39,478 nucleotides of DNA from Flavobacteriales bacterium (GTDB lineage: Bacteria > Bacteroidota > Bacteroidia > Flavobacteriales > Flavobacteriaceae). The translations under genes and the position numbers were made by a program. The notes beneath the pieces were generated by a model. It was not told the DNA's origin. It was given only the letters and a program-made list of their open reading frames with translations, and ran no database searches. Location: positions 1-39,478 of the forward strand of contig JBBSRP010000001.1 in NCBI GenBank assembly GCA_038242935.1. Direction: 5' to 3'. Each line of letters begins with the position of its first letter. Position 1 is the stretch's first letter. Shown in pieces: positions 28,138-36,643 of the stretch.

Positions 28138-28977
28138 ATGGCTGAAATTCAATGGACTACCGCAAAAGAATTTGAAGATATAACTTATAAAAAGCGCAAT
28201 GGTGTGGCGAGAATCGCGTTTAACAGACCTGACGTACGCAATGCTTTTAGACCAAAAACTACTGCCGAATTGTATCAAGCATTTTATGACGCGCAAGAAG
28301 ATACTTCTATTGGAGTAGTACTTCTTTCTGCCGAAGGGCCGTCAAGTAAAGACGGAGTATACTCTTTTTGCAGTGGCGGAGATCAAAAAGTTAGAGGACA
28401 TCAAGGTTATGTGGGCGAGGATGGAATGCATCGTTTGAATATTTTGGAAGTTCAGAGACTTATTCGCTTTATGCCAAAAGTGGTTATCGCCGTTGTTCCA
28501 GGCTGGGCAGTTGGTGGTGGTCACAGTTTGCACGTTATCTGCGATATGACGCTTGCGAGCAAAGAACACGCTATTTTTAAGCAAACCGATGCAGACGTTA
28601 CAAGCTTTGACGGTGGATATGGATCTGCTTATCTTGCCAAAATGGTTGGGCAGAAAAAAGCGAGAGAGATCTTCTTTTTAGGTCGTAATTATTCAGCTCA
28701 AGAAGCTTTTGATATGGGAATGGTGAACGCCGTTATTCCTCACGACGACTTAGAAAATACTGCTTACGAATGGGCTCAGGCAGTACTTGGAAAATCGCCA
28801 ATGTCTATCAAAATGTTGAAATTCGCAATGAACTTGACCGATGATGGAATGGTTGGACAGCAAGTTTTTGCTGGCGAAGCGACAAGACTTGCTTATATGA
28901 CCGACGAAGCAAAAGAAGGTCGAGATGCTTTCTTAGAAAAAAGAAAACCAAATTTTGAAAAGAAATGGCTGCCATAA
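28138..28977 (+). CDS. menB: 1,4-dihydroxy-2-naphthoyl-CoA synthase
   Basis: NRPDVRNAFRP, FCSGGDQ, RLNILEVQRLIR, GGGHSLHVICD, SFDGGYGS, EGRDAFLEKRKP. Confidence 0.97.
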   Translation: MAEIQWTTAKEFEDITYKKRNGVARIAFNRPDVRNAFRPKTTAELYQAFYDAQEDTSIGVVLLSAEGPSSKDGVYSFCSGGDQKVRGHQGYVGEDGMHRLNILEVQRLIRFMPKVVIAVVPGWAVGGGHSLHVICDMTLASKEHAIFKQTDADVTSFDGGYGSAYLAKMVGQKKAREIFFLGRNYSAQEAFDMGMVNAVIPHDDLENTAYEWAQAVLGKSPMSIKMLKFAMNLTDDGMVGQQVFAGEATRLAYMTDEAKEGRDAFLEKRKPNFEKKWLP

Positions 28978-28992
28978 ACAGCCTTTTTTTTG
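28967..28992 (+). terminator. Possible intrinsic terminator overlapping the menB stop
   Basis: GGCTG-ccataaa-CAGCC followed by a T9 run. Confidence 0.5.
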
Positions 28993-29021
28993 CTTTTTAC
29001 TAAACTATAATACTCAAAAAC

Positions 29022-29537
29022 TTGGAGAACTTTAGCAATCAGAAGATACAAACCAACGATTTCCCCGCTTATCAAGAAGTAGTTTTAACACCTCTTGAAG
29101 CAGATTATTCCAAAGTTGTTTTGATAAACAGCATTATATTTCTGATCGTTTTTGGACTTGCAGGTTTTTCGTTTTTTTACTTTCAGCCAGAAATTCCTAG
29201 TCAGACTTTAATCATTGCAGGAGTATATGCAGTCTTTTGCTTGTTGGTAATTGGTTCGAAATATCTTTCCTTCAAAAGTAAAAAATATGCTTTCAGAGAT
29301 CACGATGTGATCTTTCAAAGTGGGTATATCACAATTAATACAACTGTAATTCCTTACAATAGAGTTCAACACGTAACTTTATTTGAAGGTTTGGTTTCAA
29401 AACAATTCAACCTTGCCAAAGTCGGAATCTTCACTGCAGGAGGAAAAGGAAGTGATATTGAAATTCCAGGAATTAAAAAAGAAGATGCAGAGCGAATCAA
29501 AATTTTGCTCACGGCAAAAATCTTAAAGCAGCTGTAA
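29022..29537 (+). CDS. Bacterial PH domain membrane protein (YdbS-like)
   Basis: Two TM helices, then IPYNRVQHV...TAGG...IEIPGI. Confidence 0.85.
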   Translation: MENFSNQKIQTNDFPAYQEVVLTPLEADYSKVVLINSIIFLIVFGLAGFSFFYFQPEIPSQTLIIAGVYAVFCLLVIGSKYLSFKSKKYAFRDHDVIFQSGYITINTTVIPYNRVQHVTLFEGLVSKQFNLAKVGIFTAGGKGSDIEIPGIKKEDAERIKILLTAKILKQL

Positions 29538-31031
29538 ATGGATACACAGTTTCAAGAGCCGCAACGTCAATCCAAAATCGGAATCCTCGTAATGTTTGCC
29601 GATACAATCCAGAAAACCGCTCGTGCTTTTTGGCCACTTTTGGTTGTGTATCTCTTTAAACTCGAATCTATAAACAAACTTTATGTTGCGTTAACGGCAA
29701 TCGGTATTTTTGCAGTAATGGCAATTGCTGCATATCTAAAATATCTAAACTTCAGATTTTATGTCGATGTAGAGCAAGAAGAGTTCGTAGTAACACACGG
29801 GGTTTTAAACAAGACAAAAACGGTTATTAAACTTGCAAAAATTCAGCAAGTAAATATCACTCAAAACCTTTTGCAACGAATTATAAACGTTTATACTCTT
29901 GAAGTAGACACCGCAGGCGCTTCGGGAAGTGAGGCTAAGATTAAAGCGCTTTCGCACGGAGCGGCGACAATGCTTAAATCGCAGCTCCTAAATTTCCAGA
30001 GTTCTAAAACTGAAGAGGACGAATTGCAAGATGACGCAACTTCACAACAAGAAACCTTTTTGCAGATTGGTTTTATGTCGCTTTTCAAAGTGGGAATTAC
30101 TTCCAATTATATTAAAACAATCTCGTTATTATTGGCTTTCGGAGTAACGATCTACGATAATATAATGAAGTTTGCTGAAAGTGAAGTTTTAGACGAGCAG
30201 CAAATCGACAATTATCTCAATCAAAGTATTGGACTTCAATTAACGCTAGTGCTCGGTACAATCGGAATTCTACTAATCCTTATTATTAATGTTGTCACGA
30301 TAATTCTTAAATACTTCAACTTTACGATTCTAAAAGAGAATAATTCACTGCTGCTCTCGTACGGATTGCTAAAGACAAAAAGCACATTACTAAAGCCTCA
30401 AAGAGTTCAGATTGCAAGCATTTCACAGAATTTCTTTCAGAAAAAGATGAATCTTTTTCAGATTAAAATCAGACAAGCGCTTGGTGGGAACGCTCAAAAC
30501 TCAAAATCAATATTAGAGATTCCCGGTTGTGATAAGGCAGAAAGTCAGGCTATTATGAAAATGCTTTTTATTACAACGGAGGAGCATCCGTTGAAATTAA
30601 AAGCAAACTGGAGAAAACTAGTCTTTATATTGTTTATTTTTATTGGTATTCCTGCATTCAGCTACCTATCTTTCTACTTAAATGCGAAGGAAAATATTGA
30701 TAACTTCGAGATAATTATTCCGTTCTACATTTTTACTGTGCTGCTTATTTCCTATTTTAGCTTTAAGAATTATCAATTATTTATCGGGCCTGAAACAATT
30801 ATTAAGCAAAGTGGCGCGTGGGATGTAGAAAAGGAGAGAGTCAATATCCAAAAGATTCAGGCAATCACAACATCACAGCGTTTCTGGCACAAAAACATCG
30901 ATATAGGAAGCGTAACAATCCATACTGCCGCTGGGAATATCTCATTTACACTAGGAAATTATACACTTTTGCAAAGCAGTGTAAACAGATGGATTTACCA
31001 AATAGAAACCTCCAATAGCAATTGGATGTAA
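29538..31031 (+). CDS. Bacterial PH domain membrane protein (YdbT-like)
   Basis: Three repeats of TM pair plus bPH2 (KIQQVNITQ..VDTAG, RVQIASISQ, KIQAITTSQ..IHTAAG). Abuts the YdbS-like gene. Confidence 0.85.
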   Translation: MDTQFQEPQRQSKIGILVMFADTIQKTARAFWPLLVVYLFKLESINKLYVALTAIGIFAVMAIAAYLKYLNFRFYVDVEQEEFVVTHGVLNKTKTVIKLAKIQQVNITQNLLQRIINVYTLEVDTAGASGSEAKIKALSHGAATMLKSQLLNFQSSKTEEDELQDDATSQQETFLQIGFMSLFKVGITSNYIKTISLLLAFGVTIYDNIMKFAESEVLDEQQIDNYLNQSIGLQLTLVLGTIGILLILIINVVTIILKYFNFTILKENNSLLLSYGLLKTKSTLLKPQRVQIASISQNFFQKKMNLFQIKIRQALGGNAQNSKSILEIPGCDKAESQAIMKMLFITTEEHPLKLKANWRKLVFILFIFIGIPAFSYLSFYLNAKENIDNFEIIIPFYIFTVLLISYFSFKNYQLFIGPETIIKQSGAWDVEKERVNIQKIQAITTSQRFWHKNIDIGSVTIHTAAGNISFTLGNYTLLQSSVNRWIYQIETSNSNWM

Positions 31032-31066
31032 TGATTTAAACAGAACAAAATAAACTAAATAGCTCA

Positions 31067-32026
31067 ATGAGACATTGGATCGAAGCCGCGCGCTTAAGAA
31101 CATTACCATTATCAATCTCCGGAATCCTTGTAGGAAGTATCTACGCACTTGCTAACCCTACAAAAGAGGTTTTGACACCTACAGATGTATTCAGTTGGAA
31201 AGTGTTTTCATTTGCCATTCTTACAACTTTAGGACTTCAAATATTATCCAATTTTGCCAATGATTACGGCGACGGAATCAAAGGCACAGACAATGATGAT
31301 CGAGTAGGGCCAAAGCGAGCAATACAAAGCGGAGTTATATCGCCCGCTGCAATGAAAACGGGAATTATTGTTACTTCATTGCTAACATTAATTTCGGCGA
31401 TAGCACTAATTTATTTTGCTTTTGGAGAAGAAAACATCGGATATTCTCTGTTCTTTTTAGTATTGGGAATTCTCGCAATCGCATCGGCAATCAGATATAC
31501 TGTTGGAAATACAGCTTACGGTTATAGAGGGTATGGCGATATGTTTGTATTCGTGTTTTTTGGCTTAGTAAGTACTTTAGGAGTAAATTTTTTACATTCA
31601 AAACAAGTTGACTTACAGCTAGTTCTGCCTGCTATCTCAATCGGTTTGTTAAGTACAGGAGTTCTGAATCTAAATAATATGCGAGATGAAATTTCGGATA
31701 GAAAAGTTGGAAAAAATACTTTGGTCGTTAAAATCGGCGGAGCAAATGCGAAAAAATATCACTTCTTTTTAGTCATTACAGCAATGGTCTGTATGGTGAT
31801 TTTTGCTCTTATCTATAACGGTGTCGGATTCAAATTTGACCAATATTTATTCCTATTTGCATTCATTCCGTTAACGATTCACTTACGACGTGTCGCTCGT
31901 AATAAAGATCCGAGAGCACTAGATCCGGAACTTAAAAAACTTGCCTTGAGTACATTTTTCCTGTCGGTTTTATTGTGTTTAGGGTTAATTTACCTAATTT
32001 CAGATATCATTGTAAATAATGCTTAA
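31067..32026 (+). CDS. menA: 1,4-dihydroxy-2-naphthoate polyprenyltransferase
   Basis: AARLRTLPLS, SNFANDYGDGIKGTD, YGYRGYGD, LNLNNMRDEISD..GKNTL. Confidence 0.95.
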   Translation: MRHWIEAARLRTLPLSISGILVGSIYALANPTKEVLTPTDVFSWKVFSFAILTTLGLQILSNFANDYGDGIKGTDNDDRVGPKRAIQSGVISPAAMKTGIIVTSLLTLISAIALIYFAFGEENIGYSLFFLVLGILAIASAIRYTVGNTAYGYRGYGDMFVFVFFGLVSTLGVNFLHSKQVDLQLVLPAISIGLLSTGVLNLNNMRDEISDRKVGKNTLVVKIGGANAKKYHFFLVITAMVCMVIFALIYNGVGFKFDQYLFLFAFIPLTIHLRRVARNKDPRALDPELKKLALSTFFLSVLLCLGLIYLISDIIVNNA

Positions 32027-32037
32027 AATCTACTATC

Positions 32038-32715
32038 ATGATTATTACTTTCTACGGTCACGCCTCATTAGGACTTAAAATTCGAAATATTAATATCCTT
32101 GTCGATCCTTATATTTCGGCAAATGAACAAGCTTCTCATATTAATATTGATGAACTTAAAGCTGATTATATTCTACTTACTCACGCGCATCAGGATCACA
32201 CGCTAGACGTGGAGGCGATTGCAAAGCGTACAAATGCCACAATTGTTTCCAACGCGGAAGTTGCAGGCTATTACGAGAAGAAAGGCTTTACCACGCATCC
32301 TATGAATCACGGTGGAAGTTGGGATTTTGACTTTGGACGTCTTAAGATGGTCAATGCAATTCATTCTAGTTCCTTTGCTGACGGCACTTACGGCGGTAAT
32401 CCAGCTGGTTTTGTGATTGAAGGCGAGCATAAGAATATTTATATCGCTGGAGATACGGCGCTTACGATGGATATGAAATTGATTCCGATGCGAACCAAAC
32501 TTGACCTTGCAATTCTCCCGATAGGCAACAACTTTACGATGGATGTCGATGATGCAATAATCGCGTCAGATTTTGTACAATGTGATAAGATTCTAGGGTA
32601 CCACTACGATACTTTCGGATTTATCGAAATTGATCACGCTGAAGCTAAGCGTAAATTCTTTGACAAAGACAAGGATTTGATGCTGTTAGAAATTGGCGAA
32701 TCACTAGAATTATAA
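32038..32715 (+). CDS. Metal-dependent hydrolase, metallo-beta-lactamase fold (UPF0173)
   Basis: GHAS, LVDPY, THAHQDH, AIHSSS, AGDT, LPIGNNFTM, HYDTF. Confidence 0.9.
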   Translation: MIITFYGHASLGLKIRNINILVDPYISANEQASHINIDELKADYILLTHAHQDHTLDVEAIAKRTNATIVSNAEVAGYYEKKGFTTHPMNHGGSWDFDFGRLKMVNAIHSSSFADGTYGGNPAGFVIEGEHKNIYIAGDTALTMDMKLIPMRTKLDLAILPIGNNFTMDVDDAIIASDFVQCDKILGYHYDTFGFIEIDHAEAKRKFFDKDKDLMLLEIGESLEL

Positions 32716-32722
32716 TATTTTT

Positions 32723-32965
32723 CAGGAACATTTTACTTCGCCAGTTCGCTTTGCTCGGGTCCTGCTATCCTCTTCAATTCCTCGGCCCAATGCTGTTTTT
32801 TGCAACGCCATAATAGGATCGCGATAGCTATCGGGACTGTTGGTCGCTCTATTCTGTCGGCAAAAAAGCAGCATTAGTCCTCCGGGATTTGCTTCGCCAG
32901 TTCGCTTCGCCAGTTCGCTTCGCTCGGGTTCGCTTCGCTCGGGTTCGCTTCTATCAGGGTTAGGG
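32723..32965 (+). repeat. Structured intergenic repeat element, Flavo-1-like (copy 2), with nested mini-insertions
   Basis: The core CCTGCTATCC...AATTCC / GGGATTT...TCGCTTCTATCAGG parallels the element at 19414. It has a long internal stem AATGCTGTTTTTTGC/GCAAAAAAGCAGCATT and contains CTTCGCCAG...GCTCGGGT units and a CGATAGCTATCG palindrome. Confidence 0.7.
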
Positions 32966-32993
32966 GCTTCTCATTCATTACAACCATATTATT

Positions 32994-34046
32994 ATGACTG
33001 CAAATTATCACAAATATGTGCTCGAGTTCAAAAAACCGAGTGGCACTTCACGCGGTGTGCTTACAACTAAGGAAACTTGGTTTATAGTGCTCGAAAACGA
33101 CGGCAAGATCGGAATAGGCGAGTGCGGAATACTTCGCGGCTTGAGTATCGATGATCGCGATGATTACGAAGAAAAGCTCAAATGGACTTGCGAAAATATT
33201 CATCTTGGTGCCGTCCGTTTGTGGAATCAGCTGCTGGAATTTCCTTCGATTCAGTTTGGAATCGAAACTGCTTTCAAGTCGCTTGAAGGCAAAACTCCTT
33301 TCGAATTATTTCCTTCGGAGTTCGAAAAAGGGAAGAAGAGCGTTCCGATAAATGGACTAGTTTGGATGGGAACATCGGATGAAATGAAGGGTCAAATCGA
33401 GGAGAAAATCGAGGCTGGTTTTAACTGCATAAAACTCAAAATTGGTGCGATAGATTTTGATAAAGAAATCGAATTATTAGCCTATATCCGCTCACATTTC
33501 ACTCCCGAAATGATGGAAATCAGAGTTGATGCTAACGGTGCATTTACTGCAAATGAAGCTTTAAGTAAATTAGAAATACTATCTGGTTATCAAATACATA
33601 GCATAGAGCAACCAATCCAAATAAAACAGTATGACACAATGGCAGAGCTCTCGAAACAGAGCAAAATCCCTATTGCGCTTGATGAAGAGCTAATTGGTGT
33701 ATTTTCGATTGCAGAAAAAGAGGAATTATTGACTAGAATCCGACCTCAATATATCATTTTGAAACCTAGTTTAGTTGGAGGTTTTAAGGGCTCGATGCAA
33801 TGGATTGAAATCGCCGAAAAACTAAATATCGGTTGGTGGATTACCTCGGCTTTGGAATCCAATATCGGACTCAATGCAATTGCGCAATGGACATATTGTT
33901 TGGAAAGTAAAATGCCTCAAGGTTTAGGAACGGGAAATCTGTACACAAATAATATCGAATCGCCACTTGTGGTTAAAGACGGCGCGTTGTGGTATGAAAA
34001 TCCAATTGCTTGGGAAGTTCCAGAATGGGGAAGTAGTGGAGAGTAA
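32994..34046 (+). CDS. menC: o-succinylbenzoate synthase
   Basis: Enolase-superfamily KLKIG, RVDANG, IEQP, IALDEE, IILKP, TSALES, GLGTG, located in the men cluster. Confidence 0.92.
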   Translation: MTANYHKYVLEFKKPSGTSRGVLTTKETWFIVLENDGKIGIGECGILRGLSIDDRDDYEEKLKWTCENIHLGAVRLWNQLLEFPSIQFGIETAFKSLEGKTPFELFPSEFEKGKKSVPINGLVWMGTSDEMKGQIEEKIEAGFNCIKLKIGAIDFDKEIELLAYIRSHFTPEMMEIRVDANGAFTANEALSKLEILSGYQIHSIEQPIQIKQYDTMAELSKQSKIPIALDEELIGVFSIAEKEELLTRIRPQYIILKPSLVGGFKGSMQWIEIAEKLNIGWWITSALESNIGLNAIAQWTYCLESKMPQGLGTGNLYTNNIESPLVVKDGALWYENPIAWEVPEWGSSGE

Positions 34047-34246
34047 AAGTGATTTTTGCTTTGGAAAATTCAAACAGGTTCTAGAACTGGGTTCGCGGTC
34101 AATAATAGACGATTTAAGCGATGATATTTTCTTACAGCAAAGCTAACGAGCAAAAGACCTTTGAGTTTCGCAAGTACGTTTTAAAGCACGATTTGGGGGA
34201 ATTTCAAACTGTTTTCTGAAATGCTAACTCTTTTAAAAAGTCGTTA

Positions 34247-34282
34247 AAATAGATATCCGCTTTAACGAGCGGATATTTTTTT
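34247..34282 (+). terminator. Intrinsic terminator about 200 nt downstream of menC
   Basis: ATATCCGC-tttaacga-GCGGATAT followed by a T-run. Confidence 0.7.
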
Positions 34283-34381
34283 GGAATTATGTTCTTAACT
34301 TTTTTGAAGTTTCACCCGTTTTGAAGGCTTCAAAAAGTTATTACGCAGATAGTGTTTTCTTATTTTACGATCTTATACTTT

Positions 34382-34423
34382 TTGGATTACAAGTTATAAT
34401 GATTGGATTACAAGTTATAATGA
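34382..34423. repeat. Perfect 21-bp tandem duplication
   Basis: TTGGATTACAAGTTATAATGA x2. Confidence 0.95.
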
Positions 34424-34788
34424 AATGAAGGTATCTCGATTTTTGCTCTTGAGTAATCGTGGCTTTACATTCATAAATAACTTTATATATATTGTTTTTA
34501 ATGTTCAACTATTTGCTATGTAGTTTAATATAGCACCTAATTTAAAGTATTGCTTGTAATTATATAAAATAATAATGATCTTTTTCTTGTGAATTTTCAC
34601 TAGACGTCTTAGAATACCTTCAAGTAATTTATTAAAAATTACCGCTTCAACCGAAGACAAAATTCCCTGCAAGATATTTTACGAAGACTGGTCATCTTTC
34701 TCTCCCGACAATTTGTGGTAAATATTCTTTCGGCGACAGCCAAAAAAATAATCTCTTCAACTATCCGCAATCAAAGAAGCTAAAAGCT

Positions 34789-34833
34789 AAAAAAAACCGC
34801 CAACAGTTAAAACATAACCGTTGACAGTTTTTT
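34789..34833 (-). terminator. Bidirectional-type terminator downstream of the DJ-1/PfpI gene, flanked by AGCTAAA heptamers
   Basis: AAAAAACCGCCAACAGTTA...TAACCGTTGACAGTTTTTT imperfect stem with A/T runs, and AGC(T/C)AA(A/T) repeats at about 34778-34791 and 34846-34870. Confidence 0.6.
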
Positions 34834-34869
34834 GTTAAACTGAGCAGCTAAAAGCCAAAAGCTAATAGC

Positions 34870-35541
34870 TTATTTAAGTGCTTCGACAATTGCCTTTCCA
34901 ACTCCGGTCGCCGAGGCTGGATTTTGGCCAGTGATTAATCTGCCGTCTGTGACAACGTGTGCTTCTTGAATTCCGGATTTTTCAAAGATTCCTCCGCGTT
35001 CTTTAATTTTTGATTCGAGCAGAAATGGAACGACATCTTCCATACCTGCGGCTTTTTCTTCTTCGTCAGTAAAGGAATTCACATTCTTACCGTCTAGCAA
35101 ATATGAGCCATCTGAGAGCTTTACGTTTACCAGTCCAGCTGGACCGTGGCAAACCGCTGCTACAATACCATTATTCTCATAAATATCGCCTGTAATCTTG
35201 CGCAGCTCCATATTGTCTGGCAAATCCCACATCGCACCGTGACCCCCCACGTAATAAATCGCTTTATATTCTGATGCATCGACCTCCGAAGGCTTCATAC
35301 TATCGGCAACTTTCTTGTTGGTTTTTGAATCTTCCCAAAATTCTTTATTGATGGGATCGCTGAGATCAAATGCATCGACGGGCGGATTTCCACCTTGTGG
35401 CGACACGAATTCGATGTCGTAACCTGCATCTGACAACACTTTCCAAGGGTGAGAAGCTTCGGCCAAATGATAGCCAGTTTTTTCTCCGGTTTTCCCTTTT
35501 GTTCCGTGACTTGTTAGTACAAATAAAATTTTCTCTTTCAT
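34870..35541 (-). CDS. DJ-1/PfpI (type 1 glutamine amidotransferase-like) protein, Hsp31/glyoxalase III-like
   Basis: VLTSH, TGYHLAE, GGHGAMWDL, nucleophile AVCHGPA, ITGQNPAS. Confidence 0.9.
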   Translation of the reverse strand: MKEKILFVLTSHGTKGKTGEKTGYHLAEASHPWKVLSDAGYDIEFVSPQGGNPPVDAFDLSDPINKEFWEDSKTNKKVADSMKPSEVDASEYKAIYYVGGHGAMWDLPDNMELRKITGDIYENNGIVAAVCHGPAGLVNVKLSDGSYLLDGKNVNSFTDEEEKAAGMEDVVPFLLESKIKERGGIFEKSGIQEAHVVTDGRLITGQNPASATGVGKAIVEALK

Positions 35542-35586
35542 ATTTTCTATTCTTGTGGTTAATTAATTTGGTTAATCTTTAATATA

Positions 35587-36051
35587 TTAAAGTTCAGCTT
35601 TCCAATCTAATGATTTTATTGCTGAAACTTGATTGTTGCTGTTCATAAAAACACGTAATTCTTTATTTGCAATTGGTTTTGTATAGTCAGCTTTGAATCT
35701 GTATATTGTTTCACCTGAGTCATTGTCTAACCAAACTTCGGCTAATTTTAAATCTTTGAATGAACCATATTTTAGACGAAATTTATGGCATGTTTGCGTA
35801 AGACGTTCTTGAGTAGTATTTTTTCTGACATCAACTGTAGCATCAGTTGCAGAAAAAGGCTGAAACTTTGAAGTATTGCACGTCATTAAAACGCGTTTTC
35901 CTAAACTATATGCCTTGGCTTTTTGAGTATTGTCTATCTCATTTGCCGTCAACAGAAATATTTTGGGAGCTTCGACTTTTTCAACTATTGACTTTTTGGT
36001 TTTACAACCTACAAAGGCTAAAACGCAGAGGAACATCACAATCTTTTTCAT
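35587..36051 (-). CDS. Hypothetical lipoprotein
   Basis: MKK plus hydrophobic stretch plus lipobox FVGC, followed by KTKK. 154-aa ORF. Confidence 0.75.
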   Translation of the reverse strand: MKKIVMFLCVLAFVGCKTKKSIVEKVEAPKIFLLTANEIDNTQKAKAYSLGKRVLMTCNTSKFQPFSATDATVDVRKNTTQERLTQTCHKFRLKYGSFKDLKLAEVWLDNDSGETIYRFKADYTKPIANKELRVFMNSNNQVSAIKSLDWKAEL

Positions 36052-36253
36052 AGTACTTTTTAAAATTTAGTTTTAGTTATTTTTTTGGATCTGTAAATTA
36101 CAAAAAATTCTAAAATCCTCTTTTGATGTTAAAGGTATTTAAAGATGTTTTAACATTCGGCGAAAGCCAACAGCATAAAAAAACTGCGAATCAGATAAAT
36201 TATCTCTAATTCATTCCAATTTGCAGTTCTGCCAAATTATGTCGATAAATGTT

Positions 36254-36547
36254 TTAGTAAACGAACGTTAGCAGATTTATTACTGCTATAGTAAAGTTTA
36301 CAATTGTGCTAATAATTAGCAGATTAAGAAGTGTCTTAGGTTTTTGATTGGACAGTACGCCTCCGTTGAAAGCCATTGTAACCGATACTACTAATAGCAG
36401 CTCAATCATTTGACCTAGGCTCTTACCATTTTGCAAAATCAGCATTGCTGCAACCGAGCCCAAACAGCTTTGCGCTAAAATTCCAGCGGCTGCAAATCCA
36501 AATATTCCACCTTGTATTCTGTCTAATGATCGTTGATATAGTGTCAT
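36254..36547 (-). CDS. Small hypothetical membrane protein (about 3 TM helices)
   Basis: The probable start is ATG 36547 (MTLYQ), giving 97 aa with hydrophobic helices and QSCLGSVAAM. The longer ORF start overlaps the promoter and operator. Confidence 0.75.
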   Translation of the reverse strand: MTLYQRSLDRIQGGIFGFAAAGILAQSCLGSVAAMLILQNGKSLGQMIELLLVVSVTMAFNGGVLSNQKPKTLLNLLIISTIVNFTIAVINLLTFVY

Positions 36548-36605
36548 AATATATTGATTTATCTTTTTTTGATAGTATAAAGATACTACCCTTTTACATT
36601 CATCT

Positions 36606-36625
36606 TTTATGAGTTGAGTCATAAA
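36606..36625. promoter_or_regulatory. Crp/Fnr-type operator TTTATGA-N6-TCATAAA
   Basis: Perfect 7-6-7 palindrome with the TGA-N6-TCA core of CRP sites, between the Crp/Fnr gene and the membrane protein gene. Confidence 0.65.
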
Positions 36626-36643
36626 TGGCAAAAAAAGATAAAT

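Noticed and set aside
32840-33070. 76-aa ORF with SLRSG repeats
   Set aside because: It is a translation of the nested DNA repeats and overlaps menC out of frame.
34382-34423. CRISPR array
   Set aside because: Only two abutting copies with no spacer, and no cas genes. The repeats at 32891-32947 also lack unique spacers.
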